Shown: in pieces, positions 46,561-56,840 of the stretch | Layout: the number at the start of each line of letters is the position of its first letter | Numbering within the stretch: position 1 is the stretch's first letter | NCBI GenBank assembly: GCA_011364925.1 | Contig: RDOA01000012.1 | Span: 15,048 to 79,047 of the forward strand | Origin: Promethearchaeota archaeon | Lineage (GTDB): Archaea > Asgardarchaeota > Lokiarchaeia > Sigyniarchaeales > SOKP01 | Direction: 5' to 3' | DNA: 64,000 nucleotides | Notes under the pieces: generated by a model | The model's input: the letters and a program-made list of their open reading frames with translations, nothing else | What the model was told of the DNA's origin: nothing | Databases searched by the model: none | Translations under genes and position numbers: made by a program

Positions 46561-48600
46561 ATGAACGAAATATATTCTGAAGAAGAACTCAAAAACTTAC
46601 CCTTCATGAATGAATCTTTAGAGTTGGAAAAAAGAGTAGAAGACTTACTAAGCAGATTAACTCTTGCTGAGAAATTTAAACTATGTGCGGGTAGAATGAT
46701 GTGGCACACGAAACCAATTAAAAGATTAGGGATTAAATCTTTCACTATGTACGATGGACCTCACGGTGTTAGACCCGACACTATGGGAGAGAAAAGAAGC
46801 ACTTATTTTCCGGTTGCTATTTGTAGAGCAGCCACGTGGGATTTGATGCTTTCATACGAATTTGGAAAAGCAATCGCAGAGGAAACTCGTGAACTCGGTG
46901 CACATATGTTGCTCGCGCCTGGAATAAATATTCAAAGAACTCCTATGAACGGAAGAACATTTGAATATCAGACTGAAGACCCGTACCTAAACAAACATTT
47001 AGCTATTGCTACTGTGAAAGGAGTTCAAAGTCAAAGAATAGCGGCGTGTGTGAAACATTTCGCATGTAATAACCAAGAGACGAACAGATTTACCGAAAGC
47101 TCTGAAGTAGACGAACGCACTTTACAAGAAATATACTTACCTGCTTTTAAAGCTACAGTACAAAAAGCCGATGCTTGGTCGTTCATGACATGCTATAATA
47201 AAGTAAACGGAATCTACGGTTCAGAAAATTATAACTTGTTAAGAAAGAGATTAATGGATGAGTGGGGGTTTAGAGGATTTGCTGTTTCAGATTGGAATGC
47301 AACAGCCTATACTAACACAGGAGGATGTGTTAGAGCCGGACTATCTTTAGAAATGCCTACAGCTAAAAAATACAGTAAAAGTGAACTAACTAAAGCATTC
47401 GAGAATGGTGAATTCACCTTAGAAGATCTTGATGAAAACATAAGAAGATTGCTAAGAGTGATGTTTTTGGTTGGACTATTCGATGATCAGAGTAAATTAC
47501 CTAAGGGTTGCAGAAATACTCCAGAACACCAACAGTTAGCTCGAAAAATTGCTGAGGACGGGATTGTTCTTCTAAAAAATGAAGGAGATTTACTGCCATT
47601 AGATATTAATAAAGTAAATAAATTAGCTGTTATTGGACCAAACGCTAACTTTCGGTTAGGAGAAGCTGACATATGGTCTGGAGGAGGAAGTTCGCAAAAT
47701 TTTCCTCCTTATGAAATAAGTCCCCTTGATGGTCTAAAGCACAAATGCAAAAATAAGGTAGAAATAATAGAGGATCCCTCATTAGCAGATATTACTATTA
47801 TATTTGCTGGGCTAAACCACAATAATGGAATGGATGCTGAAGGGGAAGATAAAAAAGAACTTGGATTACCTTCAGAACAAGTTAATTTAATTAAGAATGC
47901 GATTCAAAAGAATGCTAATACAATTGTCGTGCTAATTAGTGGTAGTCCTGTAGCTATGGATGATTGGATCGAACAAGTACCTTCTGTTGTCGAAGCTTGG
48001 TACGGTGGGATGGAAGCAGGAACAGCTTTAGCAAACGTTTTATTTGGAGATGTAAACCCTTCTGGAAAACTTACGATGACATTTCCAAAGAAGTTGTCAG
48101 ATTCACCAGCTCATAATTCCGAGAGAAGTTATCCCGGAGGTGATAAGGTTTTTTACGATGAGGGCATTTTCGTCGGATATCGTCATTTTGACACAAATGG
48201 CATTGACCCACTCTTCCCTTTTGGTTATGGATTATCGTATACGACTTTTGCTTATAATAATTTAACGATAAATAAAAAAAAGATAAACGCAGACGACACG
48301 ATTAAAGTATCCGTTGACATCACTAACACAGGGGATAGAGTAGGAAAAGAAATCGTACAATTATATGTTAATGATATTGAATCTAGTGTTGAAAGACCAC
48401 AAAAAGAATTAAAGGGATTCAAGAAAGTCGAGCTTAAGCCTGATCAAACGGAAACCATTGTGTTTGAATTGAATAAGGATGATTTCTCTTATTATAATCC
48501 AGTTGAAAACTCTTGGGTTGTAGAAAAAGGATGGTTTAAAATATTAGTGGGGAGTTCTTCTAGGACCATTCACCTTGAAGGAGAAATAGAATTTTCATAA
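46561..48600 (+). CDS. Glycoside hydrolase family 3 beta-glucosidase/beta-xylosidase
   Basis: KHFACNNQE, the nucleophile motif GFRGFAVSDW, and a C-terminal FnIII-like domain (VQLYV...ERP.KELKGF.KV.L). Confidence 0.9.
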   Translation: MNEIYSEEELKNLPFMNESLELEKRVEDLLSRLTLAEKFKLCAGRMMWHTKPIKRLGIKSFTMYDGPHGVRPDTMGEKRSTYFPVAICRAATWDLMLSYEFGKAIAEETRELGAHMLLAPGINIQRTPMNGRTFEYQTEDPYLNKHLAIATVKGVQSQRIAACVKHFACNNQETNRFTESSEVDERTLQEIYLPAFKATVQKADAWSFMTCYNKVNGIYGSENYNLLRKRLMDEWGFRGFAVSDWNATAYTNTGGCVRAGLSLEMPTAKKYSKSELTKAFENGEFTLEDLDENIRRLLRVMFLVGLFDDQSKLPKGCRNTPEHQQLARKIAEDGIVLLKNEGDLLPLDINKVNKLAVIGPNANFRLGEADIWSGGGSSQNFPPYEISPLDGLKHKCKNKVEIIEDPSLADITIIFAGLNHNNGMDAEGEDKKELGLPSEQVNLIKNAIQKNANTIVVLISGSPVAMDDWIEQVPSVVEAWYGGMEAGTALANVLFGDVNPSGKLTMTFPKKLSDSPAHNSERSYPGGDKVFYDEGIFVGYRHFDTNGIDPLFPFGYGLSYTTFAYNNLTINKKKINADDTIKVSVDITNTGDRVGKEIVQLYVNDIESSVERPQKELKGFKKVELKPDQTETIVFELNKDDFSYYNPVENSWVVEKGWFKILVGSSSRTIHLEGEIEFS

Positions 48601-48667
48601 TAAAAGAAAATAAAATTTCAATAAAAAAAAGATTAAGTATTGTTAACTTACAATATAAAGATTGGAT

Positions 48668-49093
48668 CTATTCGAAATAATGCGCGCCTTCTTCCATCGC
48701 GATGCTTTGTATCTCACCAAAAGCGATTGCGTCCTGAAGGTTACCATCAATAACTAAATCTCCGGCCATATACGCGCTTGTAGAGTCTATCTCACCAGAG
48801 GACAAACCTGCCCAAATTGCTCCAGTAGCAGACAATGTGACGCTTGGATCTTCTCCCTCTCCTTCTCCATATTCCACTGTTCCATCACCCATTTTAACCC
48901 AATACTTATAATCAACGTCAGTCATTACAAGTTGGACAACAGTGGTATCAATGTCTTCCAATTCTTCTTTTACATCTTCATTTTCCTCAGCTAATTGCTT
49001 AACGAACTCAAAGACTTTAAGAGCATCTGAAGGTTGGCTTGCACCCTTTTCTCTTATTTCTTTTAATTCATTTACTAAATTCTGGTCGACCAT
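48668..49093 (-). CDS. SCP2 (sterol carrier protein 2-like) domain protein
   Basis: The C-terminal GEIDSTSAYMAGDLVIDGNLQDAIAFGE resembles the SCP2 G.L...AFM.GKLKI.GN...A motif. Confidence 0.6.
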   Translation of the reverse strand: MVDQNLVNELKEIREKGASQPSDALKVFEFVKQLAEENEDVKEELEDIDTTVVQLVMTDVDYKYWVKMGDGTVEYGEGEGEDPSVTLSATGAIWAGLSSGEIDSTSAYMAGDLVIDGNLQDAIAFGEIQSIAMEEGAHYFE

Positions 49094-49305
49094 TTTATAT
49101 CTCTACCTTTTATTTGTTTAAAATTGAAGTTATAGTTTAGATTATAATGATAATTTATTTAAAGATTTATTTTTTGTCGTTTCGTGATTTTTTAGAATCG
49201 ATGATTAATTTAGAATTATATATTTTCTTTTAAACTGGCATCTAAAACTTTTTAATTCTAAGCATACTTAATAAGATAACATTATAATACGATTTCTGTA
49301 ATATC

Positions 49306-50562
49306 ATGTTGAGAGTGGGCATAATTGGTTGTGGCGATATCGCAAATTTTAATATCTTAGGATATCTTCGTTCCCAAGAAACTGAACTCGTTGCAGTTTG
49401 TGATACCGATTTAATTAAGGCTGGTAAAAAGTTAGAACGATGGGGATTACGAACAGTTCCTATATACGAGGAATTTAAAAAGATGATTGACCGTGAAGAT
49501 CTTGACATCGTAGAAATTTTAACTCCCCATCACCTTCACGCTCCAATGACAGAGTATTGTGCGAAAGCAGGAGTTCCAGGGATTTCAGTACAAAAACCTA
49601 TGGCTCATACTATAACAGATTGTGATTACATGATACGAGTTTGTGCCGAAGAAAAAGTAAAACTTAAACTGTTTGAAAATTTTAGGTTTTATCCAGTGTA
49701 TTTAAGAGCAAAGGAACTACTAGAGCAAGGTGTAATAGGTGAGCCTTTAAATTTTCGAATAAATACCATTGGAATGGGAGGACCTGGCATGCCTGTAGAA
49801 ATGAATGCTCTTTTATGGAGAGGTGATTACGATAAATGTGGAGGGGGTAGATGGATATACGATGACGGAATTCACAAATTTTCTATGGCGCTATGGTTAA
49901 TGGATCAAGAAAGAGTTGATGAATTGTATGGTTGGATCGATTATTTTTCTACTGTGATGGACGCCCCAAGTTTTATGTATTGGAAATATCCTAGCAAAAA
50001 AGAAAACGATCCTCCTAAATTCGGCTCAATGCAGTTTACACTTGCTCCCAATGTTTATTATCCGAGCAACTACTACGATTGTGACGAATTCATTGAAATT
50101 TCTGGAACTAAAGGTATGATGTGGTTAAATCAATGTACCTCAGGTGGAAATATCATCGCAAAAGCGCCTCAGTATCCTCCAATCGTTGTGTATAGTGACG
50201 GTGAGGTGAAAGTTTATGGAGAGGATTTACCAAGAGATTGGAGATATTCATTTATCAATTCAACTGAACACTTTATAAATGCCATGCTAAAAGGAAACGA
50301 TCCAATCTATACAGGTGAACAAGGAAAGAATTTGAGCATCTTTGCAAAAATGCCATTTATTTCAACTCAACAGAATAGAATTGTAGGGTGGGATGAAATT
50401 ACTCCAGAAACTGAACAAAATGGTTCTTGTAACGTAATAGAGCCCGTAAAAATCGATGGAGGGATATTCAGAAAGTACCTTAAAAGTATTAGAATGGATT
50501 TGAAAAAAGGAATTCAGGAAGGATTAACGCACAAAGAATTCAAATATCAATACGAACTATAA
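49306..50562 (+). CDS. Gfo/Idh/MocA-family NAD(P)-dependent oxidoreductase
   Basis: LRVGIIGCGDIA, EILTPHHLHA, and VQKPMA (EKP-like motif). Confidence 0.8.
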   Translation: MLRVGIIGCGDIANFNILGYLRSQETELVAVCDTDLIKAGKKLERWGLRTVPIYEEFKKMIDREDLDIVEILTPHHLHAPMTEYCAKAGVPGISVQKPMAHTITDCDYMIRVCAEEKVKLKLFENFRFYPVYLRAKELLEQGVIGEPLNFRINTIGMGGPGMPVEMNALLWRGDYDKCGGGRWIYDDGIHKFSMALWLMDQERVDELYGWIDYFSTVMDAPSFMYWKYPSKKENDPPKFGSMQFTLAPNVYYPSNYYDCDEFIEISGTKGMMWLNQCTSGGNIIAKAPQYPPIVVYSDGEVKVYGEDLPRDWRYSFINSTEHFINAMLKGNDPIYTGEQGKNLSIFAKMPFISTQQNRIVGWDEITPETEQNGSCNVIEPVKIDGGIFRKYLKSIRMDLKKGIQEGLTHKEFKYQYEL

Positions 50563-51675
50563 TTTATTTGAGGAAAAGCCATTTAATACTATTTCCTTAC
50601 CCATCTCAGAAGATTTTATTGCTGCTAAATTGAATTTTAAAATCTTTTTAGCTTGTTCACCAGATAATATTGGAACTTTGTTTCCTTTGGCAACTTCAAT
50701 CAGATGTTTCGTTGCATCAATAAAACTTTGTTTCCAGTCTTTCTCAAATTCATCATAAGTTTCAACTTTACCATCACGAATTAGAACGATAGGAGGAAAA
50801 ACACTCGATTCCGACATAGTATTTCCCATAGAGGTTCCTTGATTGATCTTTAATATACCTCTACTTGCTATTATCTCTATAAATTCATCAGTGGGATAAT
50901 AATTTGAAGGAATTTCCATTTCTGGCATTAATGAGAATTCCATGTGCCCATATTGAGGAATAAGATGATCCCTACTTTGCTTGTATTTAAACATTACATA
51001 TGCCGGTGCATCCAAGCCTTTAAAATTACCTGTTTTAGCAAACACTTTTTCAATCTCTTCTCCAAAGAACCACGATGCTAATGTAAAAGCATGCCAGCCG
51101 TTGTCAAGGAGCACCGGTGACCCTGTTTTAGCACCTCCCACCATTTTAGGGTCTTCTCTCCATTTATTAGCACCACTTGGTACTTTCCAACCTCCTTTAC
51201 CTCCCATTGCGATTTTTATTCTTATAGAGGAAGGATTACCAATATAATCTGAATCAATTAATTCTTTTGCTTTTAATATGTGAGATGCAAATAAGAAATT
51301 CTCGTATATTGAAAGTATTGCTCCTGATTTGGTGCATTCCTCAATCATGGTGTCAGCTTCCTCGAGGGATAAAGCCATTGGTTTTTGCACTGAAATTGTT
51401 TTTACTCCCATCTTAGCAGAATAGATTGTTGCATCGGCGTGAAGATGATGGGGAAGCAGAATCTCAACAATATCTAATTCCTCTTTTTCTAACATCTCTT
51501 TATAATCAGAATATATTCGGGTATCGTTTGGTAAACTAAATTTTTTAATCTTTTCTCTAGCTTTTTCTTTAGTTCTATTACACAAGCATGAAATTTCGAC
51601 CTCTTTGTTATTCAGATATCCAAGAATGTTTAAATCAAAGATAACCCCAGTTCCAATAATTCCAACCTTTAGCAT
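50557..51675 (-). CDS. Gfo/Idh/MocA-family NAD(P)-dependent oxidoreductase
   Basis: LKVGIIGTGVI, EILLPHHLHA, and VQKPMALS. Confidence 0.85.
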   Translation of the reverse strand: MLKVGIIGTGVIFDLNILGYLNNKEVEISCLCNRTKEKAREKIKKFSLPNDTRIYSDYKEMLEKEELDIVEILLPHHLHADATIYSAKMGVKTISVQKPMALSLEEADTMIEECTKSGAILSIYENFLFASHILKAKELIDSDYIGNPSSIRIKIAMGGKGGWKVPSGANKWREDPKMVGGAKTGSPVLLDNGWHAFTLASWFFGEEIEKVFAKTGNFKGLDAPAYVMFKYKQSRDHLIPQYGHMEFSLMPEMEIPSNYYPTDEFIEIIASRGILKINQGTSMGNTMSESSVFPPIVLIRDGKVETYDEFEKDWKQSFIDATKHLIEVAKGNKVPILSGEQAKKILKFNLAAIKSSEMGKEIVLNGFSSNKL

Positions 51676-51748
51676 AACATTAAATAAAATTATTAATGTA
51701 ATTTTAAATTTAATATATCTATACTTTTAGCGGATTTGGTAAGATAAA

Positions 51749-53413
51749 GTGTCGGAAAATAAAGGTTTAGATGCTGTTTTAACATATAAAAGAGCTTTAC
51801 TTCGCGGATGTGGATACTCTTATCAAGATATTGAAAGACCTTTAATTGCAATCGTAAACTCGTGGAATGAAATAAATCCAGGACACATTCACTTAAATAA
51901 GTTAAGCAATTTAGTAAAATCTGGTGTAAGAGAAGCAGGAGGTACTCCTATGGAATTCAATACAATTGCAGTGTGTGATGGAATAGCTAATTCAGGAAAG
52001 TATTCAAACATGGTTTTACCTACTCGAGAAATAATTGCTGCTTCAATAGAGACTACAGTAAAATCTTATAACTTTGATGGAATGGTAATGATATGTTCAT
52101 GCGATAAAATAATCCCAGGTATGCTTTTGGCTAGTGTTAGATGCGATATTCCCACTATTTTTCTTACTGGAGGTATTATGAAGCCTAAAACATTCGGAGT
52201 TGGATCTTTAAAGGGAAAAACTTACGTAACATCCGACATTAAAGAAGCGATTGGGCAATTTAAAGCTGGTAAAATAACTAAAGAAGAACTACATCTTATT
52301 GAATCTGAAACATGTTGTTCTCCTGGAGCGTGCAATATGATGGGAACCGCGAATACAATGGCTTGTATAGTTGAAGCTATGGGACTTTCCTTACCAAATT
52401 GTGCAACTACAAGTGCGTTAAGTAAAGAACAAGAAGATTTGAGTAAAGAAACAGGAAAAATAATTATCAATTTAGTAGAGAAGAATATTACTGTTTTAAA
52501 ATTGATAACTCATAAATCCATCTATAACGCGTGTAAAGTAGCTTTATCTTTTGGTGGATCAACAAATATGATACTCCACATGTGCGCTCTTTCTCATGAA
52601 ATTGGTGGGAACTTAAACCATTTTGATTTTGGTGAGTTGAGTAAATCGGTACCCTTATTGGCTAAATTTAAACCATCATCCGAATATAATCTCTCAGAAT
52701 TTCACGAAGCGGGAGGGGTAAAGGTCTTAATGAAGAAACTTTCAAGTCTTTTAGATTTAACAACATTAAATGTGTTCGGAGAGACTCTAGAACAATATTT
52801 AGATAAGATACAACCAACAGAATATCACATTATTCGAGATATAAGCGATCCTATTTCACAAGAGGGTGGGATTGCTATATTGAATGGAAATTTGGCACCA
52901 GAAGGTGCTGTTGTAAAACAGAGCGCGGTTCACATCGATATGAGATATCATAAAGGATTTGCAAAGGTATTTGAATCCGAAGAAGCTTTGAAAAAAGCAT
53001 TAATGAATAATGCTATAAATAAAGGGGATGTGTTAGTTATTAGATACGAGGGTCCTAAGGGAGGGCCTGGAATGAGGGAATTATCAATACCTGCTGCAAT
53101 TTTAGTTGGAATGGGATTAGGAGATTCTGTTGCAATGATAACTGATGGAAGGTATTCTGGTGCCACAAGAGGTCCATGTATAGGACATGTTTGTCCCGAA
53201 GCATATGAAGGAGGACCTATTTCAGTTGTCAAAGACGGAGACGAAATCGAGATTGATTTGGAGAATCGTCAGCTTAATATTCTTATATCGGAAGAGGAAC
53301 TTAGAGAACGGTTAAAAATATGGAGAAGACCTGAAATGAGGGCTGAGAGGGGATATTTAGGTGTTTATCGCAAAATAGTGAGTTCTGCTAAATATGGAGC
53401 TTATTTAAATTAA
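51749..53413 (+). CDS. ilvD: IlvD/Edd-family dehydratase (dihydroxy-acid or sugar-acid dehydratase)
   Basis: [16 protein letters not shown], the Fe-S ligand context [18 protein letters not shown], and GHV.PEA..GGPI. Confidence 0.85.
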   Translation: MSENKGLDAVLTYKRALLRGCGYSYQDIERPLIAIVNSWNEINPGHIHLNKLSNLVKSGVREAGGTPMEFNTIAVCDGIANSGKYSNMVLPTREIIAASIETTVKSYNFDGMVMICSCDKIIPGMLLASVRCDIPTIFLTGGIMKPKTFGVGSLKGKTYVTSDIKEAIGQFKAGKITKEELHLIESETCCSPGACNMMGTANTMACIVEAMGLSLPNCATTSALSKEQEDLSKETGKIIINLVEKNITVLKLITHKSIYNACKVALSFGGSTNMILHMCALSHEIGGNLNHFDFGELSKSVPLLAKFKPSSEYNLSEFHEAGGVKVLMKKLSSLLDLTTLNVFGETLEQYLDKIQPTEYHIIRDISDPISQEGGIAILNGNLAPEGAVVKQSAVHIDMRYHKGFAKVFESEEALKKALMNNAINKGDVLVIRYEGPKGGPGMRELSIPAAILVGMGLGDSVAMITDGRYSGATRGPCIGHVCPEAYEGGPISVVKDGDEIEIDLENRQLNILISEEELRERLKIWRRPEMRAERGYLGVYRKIVSSAKYGAYLN

Positions 53414-53433
53414 AATTACCTACTGGGATTAAA

Positions 53434-54606
53434 ATGGCGGATGAAAATCGTATAAAAGAAACGATTGAAACATTTTCCTTTCCTAGATTATCGGGCACTG
53501 AAGGAGAAAAAAAGGCACTACAATTAGCAATTCAAAAAGTGAAAGAATTAAATCTTACTCTATTTACTCAAGATTTTGTGTTTAGCACTTTTTTTGGGAG
53601 AATGTATCCAAAATTAGCGTTTTTCTTTGGATCTATGACATTTTTTTTGCTATATCTTAATTTTGTCACATTAATAATTCCAGTTCTTTTGATAGTTTTT
53701 GGTGTATTTCTTTGCGTTTTATTTATACTTACGATGCATCCAGAGGCGATAAGATTACCCAATAAATTAAATTCCAGCAATCTATATGTCAAAGTTGGGA
53801 ATAAACCAAATAATACTAAATCAAATAAAATCCCAGAGAAAAATATTTTGTTTATGTGTCATTTAGATTCAAAAGGACAACGATTTTCAATATTATATCG
53901 TATAAGAATCATACGAACATGGGTATTTTCAGGCATGATTGTCGCAATGATTCTTGTTTTGAAAAATCTAGTTTTTTTTCTATTTCCAGTATTATTTTAC
54001 ATCATTGGAATAATCCCTATAGGACTTAACTTAGGGTCTATGATACTTTTTTTATTGAATTCAACAAACAATAACTCTATTGGAGCAATTGATAATGCTT
54101 CAGGAATTGCGTGCGTATTCGAGATACTCTCGCATTTTTCAAATCCAGAATTTAGATTAAAGCATTATAACATATTCTTTGTTTTCACAGGAGCGGAAGA
54201 GTGCGGTACAATGGGAATTAGAAATTTCTATCAATTAGTGAAAGACTTCGATAAAGAAGAAACCATAATTTTTAATTTTGATTCGATCGCTAAAAATACA
54301 TACTTGTTTCCAGATAAGAATTCATCGGATCAGGTAAAAACTGTTTTTAGAATGTTAACTAATAAAAAGAATGATTTAATAATTAAAAGGAATCCTAAGA
54401 AATTACCCTTTGGTTCCCACTCTGACGGTTATTATTTGAAAAAGAAAGGTTTTCATGGGATTGGATTTGGTGATTTGGAATGTGAAGAGTACATTCATTC
54501 AGTTAATGATACGGTGGATAAAGTAGATATATCTTTACTAAAAAGATTATGTGAAACCATCATCGATAACTTAATAGCATTTGATGACCAAATAAAAAAT
54601 AATTAA
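53434..54606 (+). CDS. M28-family metallopeptidase with inserted membrane segments
   Basis: GAIDNASGIACVFE and FVFTGAEECGTMG (Zn ligand and catalytic EE context). Several hydrophobic helices lie between the N-terminal and catalytic parts. Confidence 0.65.
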   Translation: MADENRIKETIETFSFPRLSGTEGEKKALQLAIQKVKELNLTLFTQDFVFSTFFGRMYPKLAFFFGSMTFFLLYLNFVTLIIPVLLIVFGVFLCVLFILTMHPEAIRLPNKLNSSNLYVKVGNKPNNTKSNKIPEKNILFMCHLDSKGQRFSILYRIRIIRTWVFSGMIVAMILVLKNLVFFLFPVLFYIIGIIPIGLNLGSMILFLLNSTNNNSIGAIDNASGIACVFEILSHFSNPEFRLKHYNIFFVFTGAEECGTMGIRNFYQLVKDFDKEETIIFNFDSIAKNTYLFPDKNSSDQVKTVFRMLTNKKNDLIIKRNPKKLPFGSHSDGYYLKKKGFHGIGFGDLECEEYIHSVNDTVDKVDISLLKRLCETIIDNLIAFDDQIKNN

Positions 54607-54634
54607 TCGAAAAAAAAAATAAAAAATTACCACT

Positions 54635-56152
54635 TTGAACAAAAAAGAACTAGGAGTTGTCTTGACTCCCCCTAAAACCGCAGAATACATCGTATCCAGA
54701 TTAGGTAATGTTTCCGGTAATCAGAAAGTATTAGATCCCTGCGTAGGACCTGGAATTTTTATCAAGGCACTACTAAAGTCCGGAGTTGATAAAGCCCAGA
54801 TATTTTGTCACGACATAAACTCGGATTATAAAGCCACTATTGAAGATTTAGGAGTAAGATTTAGAGCTATAGATAACCTACTCTCATTAAATTCGGAGAG
54901 TTATAACGAATATGACTTTATCGTTGGAAATCCCCCTTATTTGAATAAAGCAAGTAATTATGTGAGGTCTAATCGCGTTGAATTGAAGAAACTTTACGGA
55001 AATATCAATGCTCACGAAACATATTCTATGTTTATTGTTAATAGCATATGGAGGCTAAAGGAAGGAGGAAAATTGGGATTCATTACAAGTGACTCTTTCT
55101 TATCGCTTAGCACACATACAAAACTAAGAAACTTCATCTTAAAGAATTGCTTAATTAATGAAATACTCTTAGCTCCTAAAGATTTATTCTCTAATCAAAA
55201 TGTAAGTACTAGCCCTGCGATCCTAATTTTAACCAAATGCTCAAACGAGCAACTGAGAAATCAGAATAATATATATGTAGTTCCCAGAATCAAAAGTGAA
55301 GAGGATTATAAGAACCCTAAAAAAGTACTAAATATTCAACAAAAAAATTACCACAAACTACCCTTTAATATCTTTTTTATCGATGTTGAAAACGAAGTTA
55401 TAGACTTTTTTGATAGTGCTCCCAGATTGGAAGATTTTATGAAGGGGTATATAGGTATGCATACTCACGATAACAGAAAATATGTCGCAGCAATTGAAGG
55501 CACTCGTTTAGCGAGCATTTTTAGAAGAAGAAACGAAAAAATCAAGGATTATAATCTTAAATACAAAATTATCGAGAGTGAACATTTAGATTCGGGCAAT
55601 TGGAAACCCTACTTGAAAAGAGGGGGATCAGAACAGTATTACAGACCAATATCAGAAGCGTTAGACTGGAGTGAAGCGGCAACAAAGGTTTACGATATTC
55701 CAAATAACGTACCATTTGAAAAAGAGGGAATTGTGATAAGTGGAGTAAGTACTCGGTTAGCTGCACGATACATGCCAGAAGGATGCTACTGGGATTCAAA
55801 CAAGGCTATGGGTTTTATTACTAGGAACTCTTCTGCATCAGTCGAATTTTTGTTAGGACTGCTCAATAGCTCGCTTTATAATTATTTTGCAAAAGGAATA
55901 ATTAACAATACAAATAGTATTCAATTAACTGGGGTTCACGCATTACCTTTTATCGAACCAGATCCTAGTTTTATGGCTGAAATTGAAGCTCAAGTTCATA
56001 ATATAATTAAAAATAAAATGTTAAATCCAGATTATAATTATGTTAAAGAACAAAAATTGATTGATAATTTAGTCTTCAATTATTTCGTTAAATATCATAA
56101 TTTCCCTTTATCACTTAAGAAAAAATTAGATAAACAATATTCAGTTTATTAG
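54635..56152 (+). CDS. Eco57I/TaqI-like gamma-class N6-adenine DNA methyltransferase
   Basis: Motif I VLDPCVGPGIF, motif IV IVGNPPYLNKAS, and a C-terminal specificity-domain motif LLGLLNSSLYNYF. TTG start per the ORF track. Confidence 0.75.
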   Translation: MNKKELGVVLTPPKTAEYIVSRLGNVSGNQKVLDPCVGPGIFIKALLKSGVDKAQIFCHDINSDYKATIEDLGVRFRAIDNLLSLNSESYNEYDFIVGNPPYLNKASNYVRSNRVELKKLYGNINAHETYSMFIVNSIWRLKEGGKLGFITSDSFLSLSTHTKLRNFILKNCLINEILLAPKDLFSNQNVSTSPAILILTKCSNEQLRNQNNIYVVPRIKSEEDYKNPKKVLNIQQKNYHKLPFNIFFIDVENEVIDFFDSAPRLEDFMKGYIGMHTHDNRKYVAAIEGTRLASIFRRRNEKIKDYNLKYKIIESEHLDSGNWKPYLKRGGSEQYYRPISEALDWSEAATKVYDIPNNVPFEKEGIVISGVSTRLAARYMPEGCYWDSNKAMGFITRNSSASVEFLLGLLNSSLYNYFAKGIINNTNSIQLTGVHALPFIEPDPSFMAEIEAQVHNIIKNKMLNPDYNYVKEQKLIDNLVFNYFVKYHNFPLSLKKKLDKQYSVY

Positions 56153-56159
56153 TTAAGAC

Positions 56160-56840
56160 TTATTTGATACCAAAAGCATTTGGGCATACTTTTCTACAGG
56201 TATTACATTTCTTCAAGACATACCCTTTTTCATGAGTGTAAATTGAGTGGGGCCTACAAAGCCGTTGCATCACTGTTTTTCCATCTAAAGCTTCTGTTGG
56301 ACAAGATTTTAAGCATATTTCACAACCATCTGGACAACTCTCGTAGGTGGCAATCGGATCACCAGCTAAATCAATGTTTACCAAAATTGCTCCTAGTTGG
56401 ATCATATTTCCTACATGGTCATTAAATAACAGAGTGTTTTTTCCTAAAACTCCAAGTCCAGCTAATTTTCCTGCATGTCTTAATGATATGATTGCTCTTC
56501 CATATAAATTATCAGATTCCCAATATTCGTATGGATCATCAGAAGGAATTGGAACCGCCCTTACCCCCAAATCTTCTAATTTCCTTGTAAATTTAAGTGT
56601 CAGATTATCCACCTCTTGGATAATAATATTTCCAAGATGAGAATACGGAACAAAACTTGATGCGTATAGAGGTCCATGGGGTACCTTTTTTGCAAATACA
56701 ATAACAGATTTACAATCTTTATAGACATCAGTGGGACGAAAACCATCTGGTGCGTCATTAAATCGAGCAATTGGAGCTATTCCACATAAATCAAAACTCA
56801 ATTCAGATGCAATTTCCTTTACTATTTTTGAATTGAGCAT
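56160..56840 (-). CDS. 4Fe-4S protein, epoxyqueuosine reductase (QueG)/reductive-dehalogenase-like (tentative)
   Basis: FDLCGIAP...F N-terminal module and the cluster motifs CPDGCEICLKSCP and CNTCRKVCP. Confidence 0.5.
   Translation of the reverse strand: MLNSKIVKEIASELSFDLCGIAPIARFNDAPDGFRPTDVYKDCKSVIVFAKKVPHGPLYASSFVPYSHLGNIIIQEVDNLTLKFTRKLEDLGVRAVPIPSDDPYEYWESDNLYGRAIISLRHAGKLAGLGVLGKNTLLFNDHVGNMIQLGAILVNIDLAGDPIATYESCPDGCEICLKSCPTEALDGKTVMQRLCRPHSIYTHEKGYVLKKCNTCRKVCPNAFGIK

Noticed and set aside
49242-49508. 88-aa minus-strand ORF overlapping the start of the Gfo/Idh/MocA gene; likewise 46539-46745 overlapping the GH3 start
   Set aside because: They overlap the conserved N-terminal Rossmann and GH3 regions of well-supported + strand genes and have no recognisable features.
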